The notes beneath the pieces are model-generated. The model ran no database searches, was not told the DNA's origin, and worked only from the letters and a program-made list of their open reading frames with translations. A program made the position numbers and the translations under genes. A stretch of 64,000 bases of DNA from Patescibacteria group bacterium (GTDB taxonomy: Bacteria > Patescibacteriota > Minisyncoccia > Phycocordibacterales > WO2-35-19), in contig JBBTSI010000003.1 in NCBI GenBank assembly GCA_038064735.1, positions 21,154 to 85,153 on the forward strand, read 5' to 3'. Below, piece after piece: positions 26,198-36,081 of the stretch. Positions within the stretch are counted from its first letter, which is position 1; each line of letters starts with the position of its first letter.

Positions 26198-28393
26198 CTA
26201 TACTTTTCTTTTTCTGCCAAAGGTGCGTTTTTTCTTTTCTTCTGCCAAAATTTCTAGAGCGCGGGGCAGCTCAATAGTATAAACATCATCTGTTTTGAGC
26301 GAGCGGAAATCTTTTTGGTGGACTATGTAAGGGCCAAATCTGCCGATATTGGCACTTATCATTTCTCCAGTTATCGGGTGTTTACCTAATTCTCTAGGTA
26401 GACTCAAATATTTGATGGCTTCAGTCAGAGTGACTTCGCTTGGATTTTTTTCTTTTGGAATACTGGAACGGCGTGGTTTTTTATTTTTTTCATCTTTTAC
26501 ACCGAGTTGGACATAAGGGCCAAACCGGCCATCCATTACGAAGACTGGAAGTCCACTAGTCGGGTCTTCACCTATCGCTTCCGCCTCTTTGATTTCGGAA
26601 CCGTCAATATTTCTCATGCCTTTGCAATTTGGGAATTTTTCGCAACTCAAAAATTTACCTCCTCGTCCGAGTTTTATGATCATGCTTGCACCGCAAACTG
26701 GGCATTTGAGTTTGGGATCGGCGTCCCCAAGAGTTGTTAGTTTGGCGGTCTTTTCTTTTTCTTTGACGTCTTTGGAAAAGGGTTTGTAAAATTCCCTCAG
26801 TGTTGGCTCATACTCTCTTTCTCCATTTGCGATTTGGTCCAACTCATCTTCCATTTCGGCGGTGAAAGTGTCGCTGATATAATCTTTAAAATTATCTTCC
26901 AAAAAAGTGGAAACCACATCGCCGGTGTCAGTTGGTTTGAGAGTCCGGCCATCTTTTTCTACATAACCTCTTTCTATAATAGTGCCAATAATGGAAGCAT
27001 AAGTAGAAGGCCTACCGATACCACGTTTTTCCAACTCTTTGATGAGGCCAGCTTCGCTGTAGCGGTTTGGTGGTTCAGTTTGTTTTTCTTCATTATTTAA
27101 ATTAAGAAGAGAGAGTGGCTCTGAGGCTTTGACCCTGGGTAAAATAACATCTTCACCTTTAGCTGCTGGGTCTGCCAAAAGCCAACCTTCAGATATAACT
27201 CTTGAACCAGTAGCAGAAAAATTTGGAATGTTGCCAACGTCGGACATCGGCAAAATTTTGGTGATTATTTTGGTACGCATCATGAGAGCATCTTGCATCT
27301 GGCTAGCGATAGCTTTTTGCCAAATCAATCTATACAATTCTTTTTGATCGTCAGTGGTACCGCAATTTTCTTTATCAAAATGAGTTGGGCGGATAGCTTC
27401 ATGAGCTTCTTGAGCGTTTTTGGATTTGGTTTTATAAGTTCGAAATTGATGCAATGTGTTGCCATATTTTTTCTCCACCACACCTTTTATCTGCTCCAAA
27501 GCTACCTGAGCCATATTCAAACTATCAGTACGCATATAAGTGATGTGACCAGCTTCATAAAGTTTTTGGGCGGTCATCATGGTACGCTTCGGTGAAAAGC
27601 CTAAGCGAGTCGAAGCTGATTGCTGGAGAGTTGAAGTGGTGAAAGGTGGTTTGGGTGCTCTCTTGACTTCAGTCTCCGTCACATCTTTCACTGTCCAATG
27701 GGCATCTTTGGCGATGTTGTAAATCTCATCAGCTTCTTTTTTGGTTTTCGGTTCTTCTTCGCAAAAAGCTGTAAATTTTTCTTTTTTGCCTGTTTCCAAT
27801 TCTGCGGAAATTACGAAATAAGTCTCTGGCTTAAAAGCTCTGATCTCTCTTTCTTTTTCCATAATGATACGCAAAGCGGGGGACTGGACTCTACCAGCAG
27901 AAAGTCCGTATCGCACTTTTTTCCAAATCAAACCAGAGAGATCATAACCTACCAGTCTATCCAAAACCCTTCTGGCCTCTTGAGCCTTTCTCAAATTTTG
28001 GTCTATCTTGCGCGGATGCTTTAGCGCTTCTTCAATAGCCTCTTTGGTAATCTCATGATAAGTCACTCTTTTAATATCTTTATTTTTTTTCTTTCCGTCA
28101 GAAATTAATTCAGCCAAGTGCCAAGCGATAGCCTCACCTTCACGGTCGGGGTCGGTAGCGAGCAGTATTTCATCAGCTTTCTCTGCTAACTTTTTTATAT
28201 CAGCTACGACATGTTCTTTGCCTTTGGAAATTTCATAATGCGGAATAAAACCACCTTCTATATCAATGGCTTTTTTGTTGGATTTTGGCAAGTCGCGCAC
28301 ATGCCCGACGCTTGCCACCACTTCATATGCATCGCCAATATATTTTCCGATGGTCTTGGCTTTGGCTGGTGATTCTACAATTAATAATTTCAT
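26198..28393 (-). CDS. topA: DNA topoisomerase I
   Basis: Toprim N-terminus LLIVESPAKAKTI, DPDREGEAIAWH, topo IA core, C-terminal zinc ribbon CPVCGASM...CEKFPNC. Confidence 0.9.
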   Translation of the reverse strand: MKLLIVESPAKAKTIGKYIGDAYEVVASVGHVRDLPKSNKKAIDIEGGFIPHYEISKGKEHVVADIKKLAEKADEILLATDPDREGEAIAWHLAELISDGKKKNKDIKRVTYHEITKEAIEEALKHPRKIDQNLRKAQEARRVLDRLVGYDLSGLIWKKVRYGLSAGRVQSPALRIIMEKEREIRAFKPETYFVISAELETGKKEKFTAFCEEEPKTKKEADEIYNIAKDAHWTVKDVTETEVKRAPKPPFTTSTLQQSASTRLGFSPKRTMMTAQKLYEAGHITYMRTDSLNMAQVALEQIKGVVEKKYGNTLHQFRTYKTKSKNAQEAHEAIRPTHFDKENCGTTDDQKELYRLIWQKAIASQMQDALMMRTKIITKILPMSDVGNIPNFSATGSRVISEGWLLADPAAKGEDVILPRVKASEPLSLLNLNNEEKQTEPPNRYSEAGLIKELEKRGIGRPSTYASIIGTIIERGYVEKDGRTLKPTDTGDVVSTFLEDNFKDYISDTFTAEMEDELDQIANGEREYEPTLREFYKPFSKDVKEKEKTAKLTTLGDADPKLKCPVCGASMIIKLGRGGKFLSCEKFPNCKGMRNIDGSEIKEAEAIGEDPTSGLPVFVMDGRFGPYVQLGVKDEKNKKPRRSSIPKEKNPSEVTLTEAIKYLSLPRELGKHPITGEMISANIGRFGPYIVHQKDFRSLKTDDVYTIELPRALEILAEEKKKRTFGRKRKV

Positions 28394-28456
28394 CCCGTTA
28401 GAAGTTTATATAATTAATAATTTGTTATTTTTGATTCCCGTGACTTCTAACGGGAT
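28392..28456. repeat. inverted-repeat element ATCCCGTTAGAAGT...ACTTCTAACGGGAT abutting the topA start codon
   Basis: 14-bp perfect arms separated by 37 nt; the arm ends at the topA ATG; related copies at 29625..29694 and 42006..42085. Confidence 0.7.
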
Positions 28457-28731
28457 TCATATATAAGTACAGAATAAGTTATAAAAATAAAAAAAGCAAA
28501 AACGAGTCTGCAAATAGTCGCCAAAGCAACTGAGATGCAGACTCGCTGTTTCAGAGAGTCTTCGGTCATCACCAATCTTTCTTGCCTCCTGGAAAAACTA
28601 AAATCCAACAATCCACAAGAAAAACAAATGCTATTGTAACTATAAGCCAAAGCAAGTCTACTACTGTAGCCATAGCTTATCCTCCTCTGTCTTTAATAAT
28701 AACACAAATATAGTTATTTGTTTAATTGTGT

Positions 28732-29613
28732 TTAAGAAAGCCTTATTTCACCAAGGGTTTCGCGGATGAGACCTTTGAGTTCGAGGAGCGAGAGGAGAGT
28801 TTGGGTTTCGCCTATGGAGATTTGGTGTCTGTTTTGAGCTTGGCGAAGTATTTCATCACGAGGTAGAGGTTCTATTAAAAGTCTTATAATTAACATTTCT
28901 TTTTCCGAACAATCAAAATATTTTTCCTCATCATCCTCATCTTCACCTCCAATTTTTTCTAAATGTAACGCTTCCAAAATATCATCACTGTCGCGGATCG
29001 GTGTGGCACCAAGTCTGATAAGCATATGTGGACCAGAACTTGTGGTATTGAAAATACTGCCAGGCAGTGCGAGGACATCCCTATTGTATTCTGTAGCTAG
29101 ACGAGAGGTGATAAGGGTACCGGATTTTTTCTCGGCTTCTATCACCAATGTGGCGTGGCTCATACCGGCCATGATACGGTTTCTTTGTGGAAAGCTGTAA
29201 TGAGTGGCTTTGAATTCAGGTTCAAATTCATTCATAAGCATGCCGCCTTTTTCTACGATTTCTTGCGCAAGACGAGTATGAGATTGAGGATGTAAAACTT
29301 CGAGTGATAGGCCAGAACCGGGCACAGAAATAGTAGTCAGATTATTTTTAAGAGCGGCTCGGTGTGCAATAGAATCAATACCCAAAGCTAATCCAGAGAC
29401 AATGGTTATAGGGTAGCCGCGTAAACCTTCGATAAAAGTTTCTACTGCGTCTTTACCGTAATTTGTATATTTGCGGGCGCCGACTACGCAAAGCAATTTG
29501 TTTTTCCAATCAGGAATGGTACCTGCATAGAATAACGTTTTTGGCAGTTGTTTGATTTCTTCTAAAAGCGGCGGCCAGTTTTTGCGTTCAAGTTTTTGAA
29601 TTTTGTAACTCAT
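28732..29613 (-). CDS. dprA: DNA processing protein DprA (Smf)
   Basis: Rossmann-like DprA core LLCVVGARKYTNYG...VSGLALGIDSIAHRAAL...PQRNRIMAGMS. Confidence 0.8.
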   Translation of the reverse strand: MSYKIQKLERKNWPPLLEEIKQLPKTLFYAGTIPDWKNKLLCVVGARKYTNYGKDAVETFIEGLRGYPITIVSGLALGIDSIAHRAALKNNLTTISVPGSGLSLEVLHPQSHTRLAQEIVEKGGMLMNEFEPEFKATHYSFPQRNRIMAGMSHATLVIEAEKKSGTLITSRLATEYNRDVLALPGSIFNTTSSGPHMLIRLGATPIRDSDDILEALHLEKIGGEDEDDEEKYFDCSEKEMLIIRLLIEPLPRDEILRQAQNRHQISIGETQTLLSLLELKGLIRETLGEIRLS

Positions 29614-29624
29614 TTTTGTTGTTG

Positions 29625-29694
29625 TTAACCCCGTTAGAAGTCAGATGCAAAGCATCTGCTGAAGTTAATAACTTCAGACTTCTAACGGGGTTAA
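29625..29694. repeat. inverted-repeat element TTAACCCCGTTAGAAGTC...GACTTCTAACGGGGTTAA between divergent dprA and serS
   Basis: 18-bp perfect arms enclosing two internal hairpins (agatgc/gcatct and ctgaagtt/aacttcag). Confidence 0.7.
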
Positions 29695-29726
29695 CATTTA
29701 TTTTAACAAATGGTAGAATAAAAGAC

Positions 29727-31001
29727 ATGTTGGATATCAAATTTATAAGAGAAAATGCCGAATTGGTCGCCGATGGTGCTAAAAAAAAGCATATTGATTT
29801 TGATGTACAAAAACTCATTGAAGTTGATGATAAAAGAAAGATATTGAGTCAGAAACTTGAAGAAAAGAGAGCCAAACAAAATGAGGTTAGTATCGAAGTG
29901 GCCAAGTTGGGACAAGCCGGTAATATTGCCGAAAAAAGAAAACTCATAGAAGAAATGCAACCTCTCAAAGAGCAGATGCAAAAATTGGAAGAAGAGTTGA
30001 AAGAGGTGATGGCTGAGTGGCAAAAACTAATGGTGGCGGTGCCGAATATTCCTGATATGTCAGTACCGGATGGTGATACCGATAAAGATAATAAAGAAAT
30101 TAAAGTTTGGGGAGAAATTCCAAAATTTAGTTTTGCGCCCAAAGATCATATTGAACTTATGACAAATCTCGGGATGCTCGATCTTAATCGTGGTGCTAAA
30201 GTAGCCGGTTTTCGTGGATACTTTTTGACCGGTGATGGAGCAAGATTACAGTTTGCTCTTTGGCAATTCGTTAATGATTTTTTTAATAAAAAAGGAGGAT
30301 TTATTTCAATGATCGTACCATCGCTTGTCCGTCGAGAGCCGTTTATTGGCACAGGATATTTACCACAAGGCGAAGAGGATTTATATAAAACCCAAGATGG
30401 TGAATATCTATCGGGTACAGCTGAAGTGGCGATGATGAGTTATTTTATGGATGAGGTTTTAGACAAAAAAGATTTGCCAAAAAAAATGTTTGGATTTTCC
30501 AATGCATATCGCCGTGAAGCTGGGGCACACGGTAAAGATACAAAGGGCATCTTGCGTGTACATGAGTTTTATAAATTTGAGCAGGTGGTTTTATGCGAGG
30601 CTAGTCATGAAATCTCGGTTAAATATCATGAAGAAATTCAGGCAAATACGGAAGAAATTATGCAAGCTCTTAAGATACCATATCATGTGGTAATAAATTG
30701 TGCCGGTGATTTGGGTCTGGGCCAGGTTAAAAAATATGATATTGAAGCTTGGTTGCCTTCTGAGAATACATATCGAGAGACTGGATCAGCATCTTATTTT
30801 CATGATTTTCAGACTCGTCGTTTAAATATTCGCTATCGTGATGAAGACGGAAAAATGAAATTTGTCCATTCTTTAAACAACACCGCTCTTTCTGGCAGAC
30901 CTCTTATAATGATTGTAGAAAACAATCAGCAAGCCGATGGCTCTATCGTTATTCCTGAAGTACTCCGACCTTATATGGGAGGGAAAGAAAAAATAGGGTA
31001 A
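29727..31001 (+). CDS. serS: serine--tRNA ligase
   Basis: Start at MLDIKFIREN; N-terminal coiled coil and class II core (motif 2 FRREAG, motif 3 GSALS.R). Confidence 0.9.
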   Translation: MLDIKFIRENAELVADGAKKKHIDFDVQKLIEVDDKRKILSQKLEEKRAKQNEVSIEVAKLGQAGNIAEKRKLIEEMQPLKEQMQKLEEELKEVMAEWQKLMVAVPNIPDMSVPDGDTDKDNKEIKVWGEIPKFSFAPKDHIELMTNLGMLDLNRGAKVAGFRGYFLTGDGARLQFALWQFVNDFFNKKGGFISMIVPSLVRREPFIGTGYLPQGEEDLYKTQDGEYLSGTAEVAMMSYFMDEVLDKKDLPKKMFGFSNAYRREAGAHGKDTKGILRVHEFYKFEQVVLCEASHEISVKYHEEIQANTEEIMQALKIPYHVVINCAGDLGLGQVKKYDIEAWLPSENTYRETGSASYFHDFQTRRLNIRYRDEDGKMKFVHSLNNTALSGRPLIMIVENNQQADGSIVIPEVLRPYMGGKEKIG

Positions 31002-31843
31002 TGCAAAGCAAAAGATATAAAAAATCATCTTCTATAATAGCCAAGAGAAACAAGGTAAGGAGAGTTTTTACTTTGTCTTTGAAAATTGGTTTACCAGTTA
31101 TATTTTTAGTTGGGTTTGTTTTTGTTTTGCGGGCCGATTTTTTACAAGTGAAAAATTTTAAAGTAGTGGGTGAGGTGGGTGTGTCGGTAAAAGATGTTCA
31201 AAAATCGGCTTCAGATTTTATTTCCGGTAATAAACTTTTTGTTATACCAAAATCAAATATTTTTTTGTTAAATAAAGGAAAGATGGCGGCGGCCCTGATT
31301 GCAAACTTCAGCAGAGTTGAGGAGGTTTTTATTAACAAACAATTTTTGAGTTCAAGTATTGATATTAAAATTAAAGAAAGGCAAGCCGACTATCTGTGGT
31401 GTTCTTTAAATGAATGTTTTTTTATGACCAAAGACGGGCTAGTGTTTGAAAAGGCAGGATTTACAAAATCAGATTTTTTAACGTCTTCAGTTAGTTGGGC
31501 AGAACCTTTAAATAAATTAATTTTTGAGGGCAAATTGGAAGGGGAGCCAATCATGAAAAGTTTTGCCACTTCAGAGAGAATGCAAAATTATCTGAGAATG
31601 GTCAAAACTTTTAAAGATGCGGGTTTTGAAATTATTTCTATCAATATTGAGTCAACTGGTAAGGCGACGGCTAAATCAAACTTGGGTGATATTATATTTA
31701 ATCCAGAAGAGATAGATCTTTCTTTGATAGCCCAAAATGCTATCCTTTTGATAAATGATGCTAAAACTAAAAATCCTTCCACTAAATTCAATTATATTGA
31801 TACCCGCTTTGGCAACAAAATATTTTATAAATTAGTACAATAG
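31001..31843 (+). CDS. ftsQ: cell division protein FtsQ/DivIB-like (POTRA domain)
   Basis: N-terminal TM followed by a POTRA-like FLQVKNFKVVG...IDIKIKERQADYLWC; TAATG overlap with serS. Confidence 0.5.
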   Translation: MQSKRYKKSSSIIAKRNKVRRVFTLSLKIGLPVIFLVGFVFVLRADFLQVKNFKVVGEVGVSVKDVQKSASDFISGNKLFVIPKSNIFLLNKGKMAAALIANFSRVEEVFINKQFLSSSIDIKIKERQADYLWCSLNECFFMTKDGLVFEKAGFTKSDFLTSSVSWAEPLNKLIFEGKLEGEPIMKSFATSERMQNYLRMVKTFKDAGFEIISINIESTGKATAKSNLGDIIFNPEEIDLSLIAQNAILLINDAKTKNPSTKFNYIDTRFGNKIFYKLVQ

Positions 31844-31847
31844 ATGT

Positions 31848-32249
31848 ATGTTTGAAGTGTATGAGAGAGATTCATTTTTTTGGGCTTATGTGAAATGGCA
31901 TTATAGTCAAGGACTCAGGGAACTTTTTGGTGTAGCGCACAATTTTTTGTGGTTTGTTGGACACTTTTTTTCTTTTAGACTTTTATTCAAAACATGGTTT
32001 GCACCATGGAAAAGGTTAGGTGAAAATTATAGTGGTGGTTTTGATTTAAAGACCATTTTTTCCAGTTTAGTGGTCAATAGTTTGATGAGAATAGCAGGTT
32101 TTATTTCTAAAACTGTAATTTTGATTGTGGGTTTTATTGCTTATATTTTGGTTTCTATTTTCACTCTTTTTATTTTCATTATCTGGATTTTCCTACCTGC
32201 GATACTTTTAGGTAGTTTCGTTTTAGCGGTTACTTTTTTTCTTATATAA
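31848..32249 (+). CDS. membrane protein, unknown function
   Basis: 133 aa, hydrophobic C-terminal half. Confidence 0.4.
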   Translation: MFEVYERDSFFWAYVKWHYSQGLRELFGVAHNFLWFVGHFFSFRLLFKTWFAPWKRLGENYSGGFDLKTIFSSLVVNSLMRIAGFISKTVILIVGFIAYILVSIFTLFIFIIWIFLPAILLGSFVLAVTFFLI

Positions 32250-32259
32250 ATATAAAATC

Positions 32260-32916
32260 ATGACTTTTAAAGAACTTAAAGAAAAATCTAGACCACATTA
32301 TTATTGTCTTTTTTTGGACAACTTTTTCCCAAAGACTTTGCGGAGCATTTTGAGGGGTTTAATGGCACTTTTAGCTCTGGTTTCTTTTGCCATGTCTTTT
32401 GTAGAGTCGTTGCCTCTTTATTTTAGTCTTGCTGATGGTTTGTTTTTCTTTTTTGTTTTCTTTTATTTGGTACTGTGTTTTTTGGAATTTTTCTACAAAT
32501 CAATGAGAGGTGAAAATATTGATTATGCTCTTTCTAGTATTTTGTTTGTTACGGATGAAATTGATGTTACAAAGGCATTTTTTGAAACAAAAATAGGAAC
32601 AGAAATTTTGACAAGATCTGGTGTTTCTCCGGAATCTTTGAAAGATTTTATTTCTTCCGAAAGGATTCCTATAATGGCTTCTGTTTTAAATTTTGAAAAC
32701 AATTTTGTTGATCTGGTTATTTACACCGTTGCTTTGTACGAAGCTGATAAAAAATTTCAATTATTTCTTTCTCAGAATTCTATAGACAAAGAAAAGTTTA
32801 TAGATTCGGTAAAATGGGTGGCAGATAAAGAAGAAAAAAATCGTCACAAAGAAAGATTTTGGAGTAGAGAAAATTTGGAAGCCATACCATCTATAGTATG
32901 GCTATGTGGGTTTTAG
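32260..32916 (+). CDS. membrane protein, unknown function
   Basis: 218 aa; two TM helices in the N-terminal half. Confidence 0.4.
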   Translation: MTFKELKEKSRPHYYCLFLDNFFPKTLRSILRGLMALLALVSFAMSFVESLPLYFSLADGLFFFFVFFYLVLCFLEFFYKSMRGENIDYALSSILFVTDEIDVTKAFFETKIGTEILTRSGVSPESLKDFISSERIPIMASVLNFENNFVDLVIYTVALYEADKKFQLFLSQNSIDKEKFIDSVKWVADKEEKNRHKERFWSRENLEAIPSIVWLCGF

Positions 32917-32939
32917 CTAGAAATAAGGTAGTATGAATT

Positions 32940-33929
32940 ATGCCAAATTTTTGGGAGAAAATGAAAAAACCAATACTCTGTTTAGCTCCGATGGCTGATG
33001 TCACGGATAGCGCTTTTCGTTATGTTATTGCTAAAAATTCGAAGATTCCTTTTGTTACTTACACTGAATTTGTTTCAGCTGATGGACTTGTGCTTGCGCC
33101 GGAAAAGGGGAAAAAGAAACTTTTGAAAGATTTGGAATTCAATGATATTGAAAGGCCCATTGTAGCTCAACTTTTTTCTAGCGGGCCGGAAATGATGGAA
33201 AAGGCGGCACAGCTTGTGCTAGAGCTTGGTTTTGATGGATTAGATATCAATATGGGTTGTCCGGATAAAAGTATTGAAAAGCAGGGTGCTGGGGCGGCGC
33301 TGATGAAAAACCCAAAATTGGCTCGTGAGATAATCGTGGCTGCAAAACGAGGAGTGAAGGGAAAAATTACAGTCTCTGTTAAAACTAGAATTGGTTATAA
33401 TAAAGATGAATTGGAAACTTGGTTGCCAGAACTTTTGGCAGAAAATCCGGCAGCGATTATCATACATGCTCGCACTCGCAAAGAAATGTCTAAAGTGCCG
33501 GCAAGATGGGATAGAATCAAGAGAGCGGTTGAGATCAGAGATTTTCTAAATTCAAAAACTTTAATTATCGGTAATGGTGATGTGAAAGATATTGCTGATG
33601 CAGAAGAAAAATGTTTTGAGACGGGAGCAGACGGGGCGATGCTCGGTAGAGCGATTTTTGGTAACCCGTGGTTATTTGCAAATTATGAACCAACAAATGA
33701 AGAGCGATTAAAAGTTTTGCTGGAGCATATCAAAATTTTTGATGAAAAATTTAAGGGTATAAAAAGTTTTGCCATCATGAAAAAACATTTCAAAGAATAT
33801 TTGAAAACTCCTGAGCTCACCACTTCGCAAGAGCTTCGCGGTGCAAGTCGGGATTTAAGATTTAAACTTATGAGAACCGAGACTGCCAAAGAAGCGGAGG
33901 ATATGCTTATGGATTTTAATAGCAATTAA
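32940..33929 (+). CDS. dus: tRNA-dihydrouridine synthase
   Basis: LAPMADVTDSAFR, TIM-barrel Dus core, catalytic-Cys region NMGCPD. Confidence 0.85.
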   Translation: MPNFWEKMKKPILCLAPMADVTDSAFRYVIAKNSKIPFVTYTEFVSADGLVLAPEKGKKKLLKDLEFNDIERPIVAQLFSSGPEMMEKAAQLVLELGFDGLDINMGCPDKSIEKQGAGAALMKNPKLAREIIVAAKRGVKGKITVSVKTRIGYNKDELETWLPELLAENPAAIIIHARTRKEMSKVPARWDRIKRAVEIRDFLNSKTLIIGNGDVKDIADAEEKCFETGADGAMLGRAIFGNPWLFANYEPTNEERLKVLLEHIKIFDEKFKGIKSFAIMKKHFKEYLKTPELTTSQELRGASRDLRFKLMRTETAKEAEDMLMDFNSN

Positions 33930-34418
33930 AATCCAAACAAATCCAACAGCGTAGCCAACTAAGACATCAGAGAAATAATGTACTCCCAGATACAGTCTGC
34001 TTATTCCTACTAGAAGAATTAAAGCGACCAGCAAAATCATAAAAGGTTTTTTCAAATAATGTTTGTCGTGCTTCCAAATTATATAAAACAAAAACCCGTA
34101 TAAAGCCATAGCGCCAGTGGCGTGACCACTAGGCAAAGAAAAACCGGTTTCTGGATAAAGCATAAATTCTACAGCTGGTCGTGCCCGCTCTAAAATATGT
34201 TTTAATAAATATGTCGTTATTGTGCTTCCAGCTATGGCTATTAGAAAAGGGAAAATTCTTGATGTGTGTTTGTGAATATAAAAAGAAACAGCTGAAAGAA
34301 AAGCCACACTACTGACTATCATATAACTGCCGGAGTAAGTTATAACCAACATAACAAAAGACAGCCATTCTACCCTATGATTCACAAAAAAATTTAAAAC
34401 AATCTGGTCTATATTCAT
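33855..34418 (-). CDS. PAP2-family phosphatase (undecaprenyl-diphosphatase-like)
   Basis: PSGHA and SRLYLGVHYFSDVLVG PAP2 motifs; 6 TM helices. Confidence 0.7.
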   Translation of the reverse strand: MNIDQIVLNFFVNHRVEWLSFVMLVITYSGSYMIVSSVAFLSAVSFYIHKHTSRIFPFLIAIAGSTITTYLLKHILERARPAVEFMLYPETGFSLPSGHATGAMALYGFLFYIIWKHDKHYLKKPFMILLVALILLVGISRLYLGVHYFSDVLVGYAVGFVWILIAIKIHKHILRFFGSLGSHKFKS

Positions 34419-34446
34419 ACTCGTATTATATGATATCTTAATAGGT

Positions 34447-35190
34447 ATGGAAAAGACAATGGACGGGGTATTACGTTGTAGTCGGTATTCGTTTGGGCCG
34501 AACAGGCTACATTATTGCGGGCCGGATGCCAATAAAGAATTTAAAGAGCTTATTGAAAAAGACGGGGATGATTTTGGCCTGTCACACCTTTTAAAGCAAT
34601 TCAAAACTCTTTTTCCTTACCTTCGGAAAATTGCCGAAGTGAATAATATAAAAGATCCGTTTGATGCAAAAGTAGTTGAAGCATATTGGCTCGGCAATGA
34701 ATTTTTGGAAAATATAGAAAAAAATACTTTGTATAATTTTTTGGTTTATGATTTGAAAGTGAAAGATAAGTTGAAAAGCAGAGAATTCCATTGGTTGGAA
34801 GAAAAAATAAAACAGGGCGCCGTACCCCATCACTCTTTTCATGTTTTCAATATTTGGGGGCAGGAAGGTCACAATGACTTGTTGACTGAGCTAGATAGGA
34901 TGGATGAATGCCGGATTTCTTCAGGTGTCGTCACCTCTATAAACGGCCCAGAAATCGTAGTTTCCACCGAACCTTTGATTTACACAGCTGGCAAATTTAC
35001 TCTCGGCCAAGCGGCCCCCAAGAGCCTAACGAGGCAACTAGAGGCCGAATATGATATTGAACAGATAAAACCTGGGCAGATAGTTTCTATACATTGGAGT
35101 GTACCTTGCGAGGTTATTACTCAAAAACAGGCTGAAACACTCAGAAAGTACACTTTAAAAAATATTGCTTTTGCTAATTTAAATTTGTAA
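34447..35190 (+). CDS. hypothetical protein, translationally coupled to the hydrogenase maturation protease (possible hydrogenase accessory factor)
   Basis: 247 aa; CSRYSFGPNRLHYCGP cysteine pair; stop overlaps the start of the next gene (TAATG). Confidence 0.4.
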   Translation: MEKTMDGVLRCSRYSFGPNRLHYCGPDANKEFKELIEKDGDDFGLSHLLKQFKTLFPYLRKIAEVNNIKDPFDAKVVEAYWLGNEFLENIEKNTLYNFLVYDLKVKDKLKSREFHWLEEKIKQGAVPHHSFHVFNIWGQEGHNDLLTELDRMDECRISSGVVTSINGPEIVVSTEPLIYTAGKFTLGQAAPKSLTRQLEAEYDIEQIKPGQIVSIHWSVPCEVITQKQAETLRKYTLKNIAFANLNL

Positions 35191-35564
35191 TGAAAAAAAT
35201 CTTTGTATTTGGAAATATGGATTTGGAAATGGATAATCTGCCATTACGGATTTTGTCACAGCTTGTCAAAAAGTTTCCAGGTATTGAATTTGTAGTGAAA
35301 GACCCAAACGAAGAATGGGAAGTGCTGGAAGAATTGGTTGTCTTGGATACAGCAGTCGGTATAAAAGAAGTGACAATTTTTGATAGTTTAGAAAAGTTTT
35401 CCAAACCGCCGAGAGTAGGGATGCATGATTTTGACGCTCTAACTAATCTGCGTTTTTTGTGGAAGCTTGGTAAAATAAAAAAAATAAAAATTATTGCGGT
35501 ACCTCAAAATCTAAAAGAGGATGAAGCAGTTTTGGAAGTAAGTAAAATTTTGGAGAAAATATAA
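35190..35564 (+). CDS. [NiFe] hydrogenase maturation endopeptidase (HycI/HyaD family)
   Basis: FVFGNMDLEMDNLPLRI (GNxxxxDDGxG-like) and MHDFDALTNL (His region). Confidence 0.65.
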   Translation: MKKIFVFGNMDLEMDNLPLRILSQLVKKFPGIEFVVKDPNEEWEVLEELVVLDTAVGIKEVTIFDSLEKFSKPPRVGMHDFDALTNLRFLWKLGKIKKIKIIAVPQNLKEDEAVLEVSKILEKI

Positions 35565-35577
35565 AAAGTTTGGGCGC

Positions 35578-35603
35578 CATCTTGCGACAGCGCCCTGTTT
35601 CAG
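35578..35603. terminator. bidirectional terminator
   Basis: gggcgc/gcgccc stem with T-rich flanks on both strands. Confidence 0.4.
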
Positions 35604-36040
35604 TCCTCATCTTTTTCCACAATAATTGAGTTGTGGATAAAGACTAAATCTTCTTTTCTTAAAATCAGTTTGTAAGGATTGATGGCGTTTTCGGCTTCAC
35701 CATCGCTGATCACTTTCACTATTCCATTATCGTCTATCATACAAACGATGGCATGTTTTACAGGAGTTGGGCCATCATGATTGTAACGCCAATAATTGAT
35801 GACTGACTCTCTAGAGAAATTATCCTTACGTTTAAATTCTAGACAGAAACGTTTGTAGTCTGTTACCGCATTCGGAAAACATTTTTCGAGTAGCAAAATC
35901 GGGGGTACATCATTTTCTTCGATGATCACTTCCATTCTTTCATAGGAACATTTATCAATTTTCCCTGCTTTCATTTTTTCTTCGGCACATGGCCTGAAAG
36001 CATAACGCAAAAAGATTTGCGGACCTGACAATAATTTCAT
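35600..36040 (-). CDS. hypothetical protein downstream of the hydrogenase large subunit
   Basis: 146 aa, Cys-containing, no recognisable domain. Confidence 0.35.
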   Translation of the reverse strand: MKLLSGPQIFLRYAFRPCAEEKMKAGKIDKCSYERMEVIIEENDVPPILLLEKCFPNAVTDYKRFCLEFKRKDNFSRESVINYWRYNHDGPTPVKHAIVCMIDDNGIVKVISDGEAENAINPYKLILRKEDLVFIHNSIIVEKDED

Positions 36041-36081
36041 AAAAAGAGCTCCTTTCTCCTTTTTCTATTATAACATTATTT

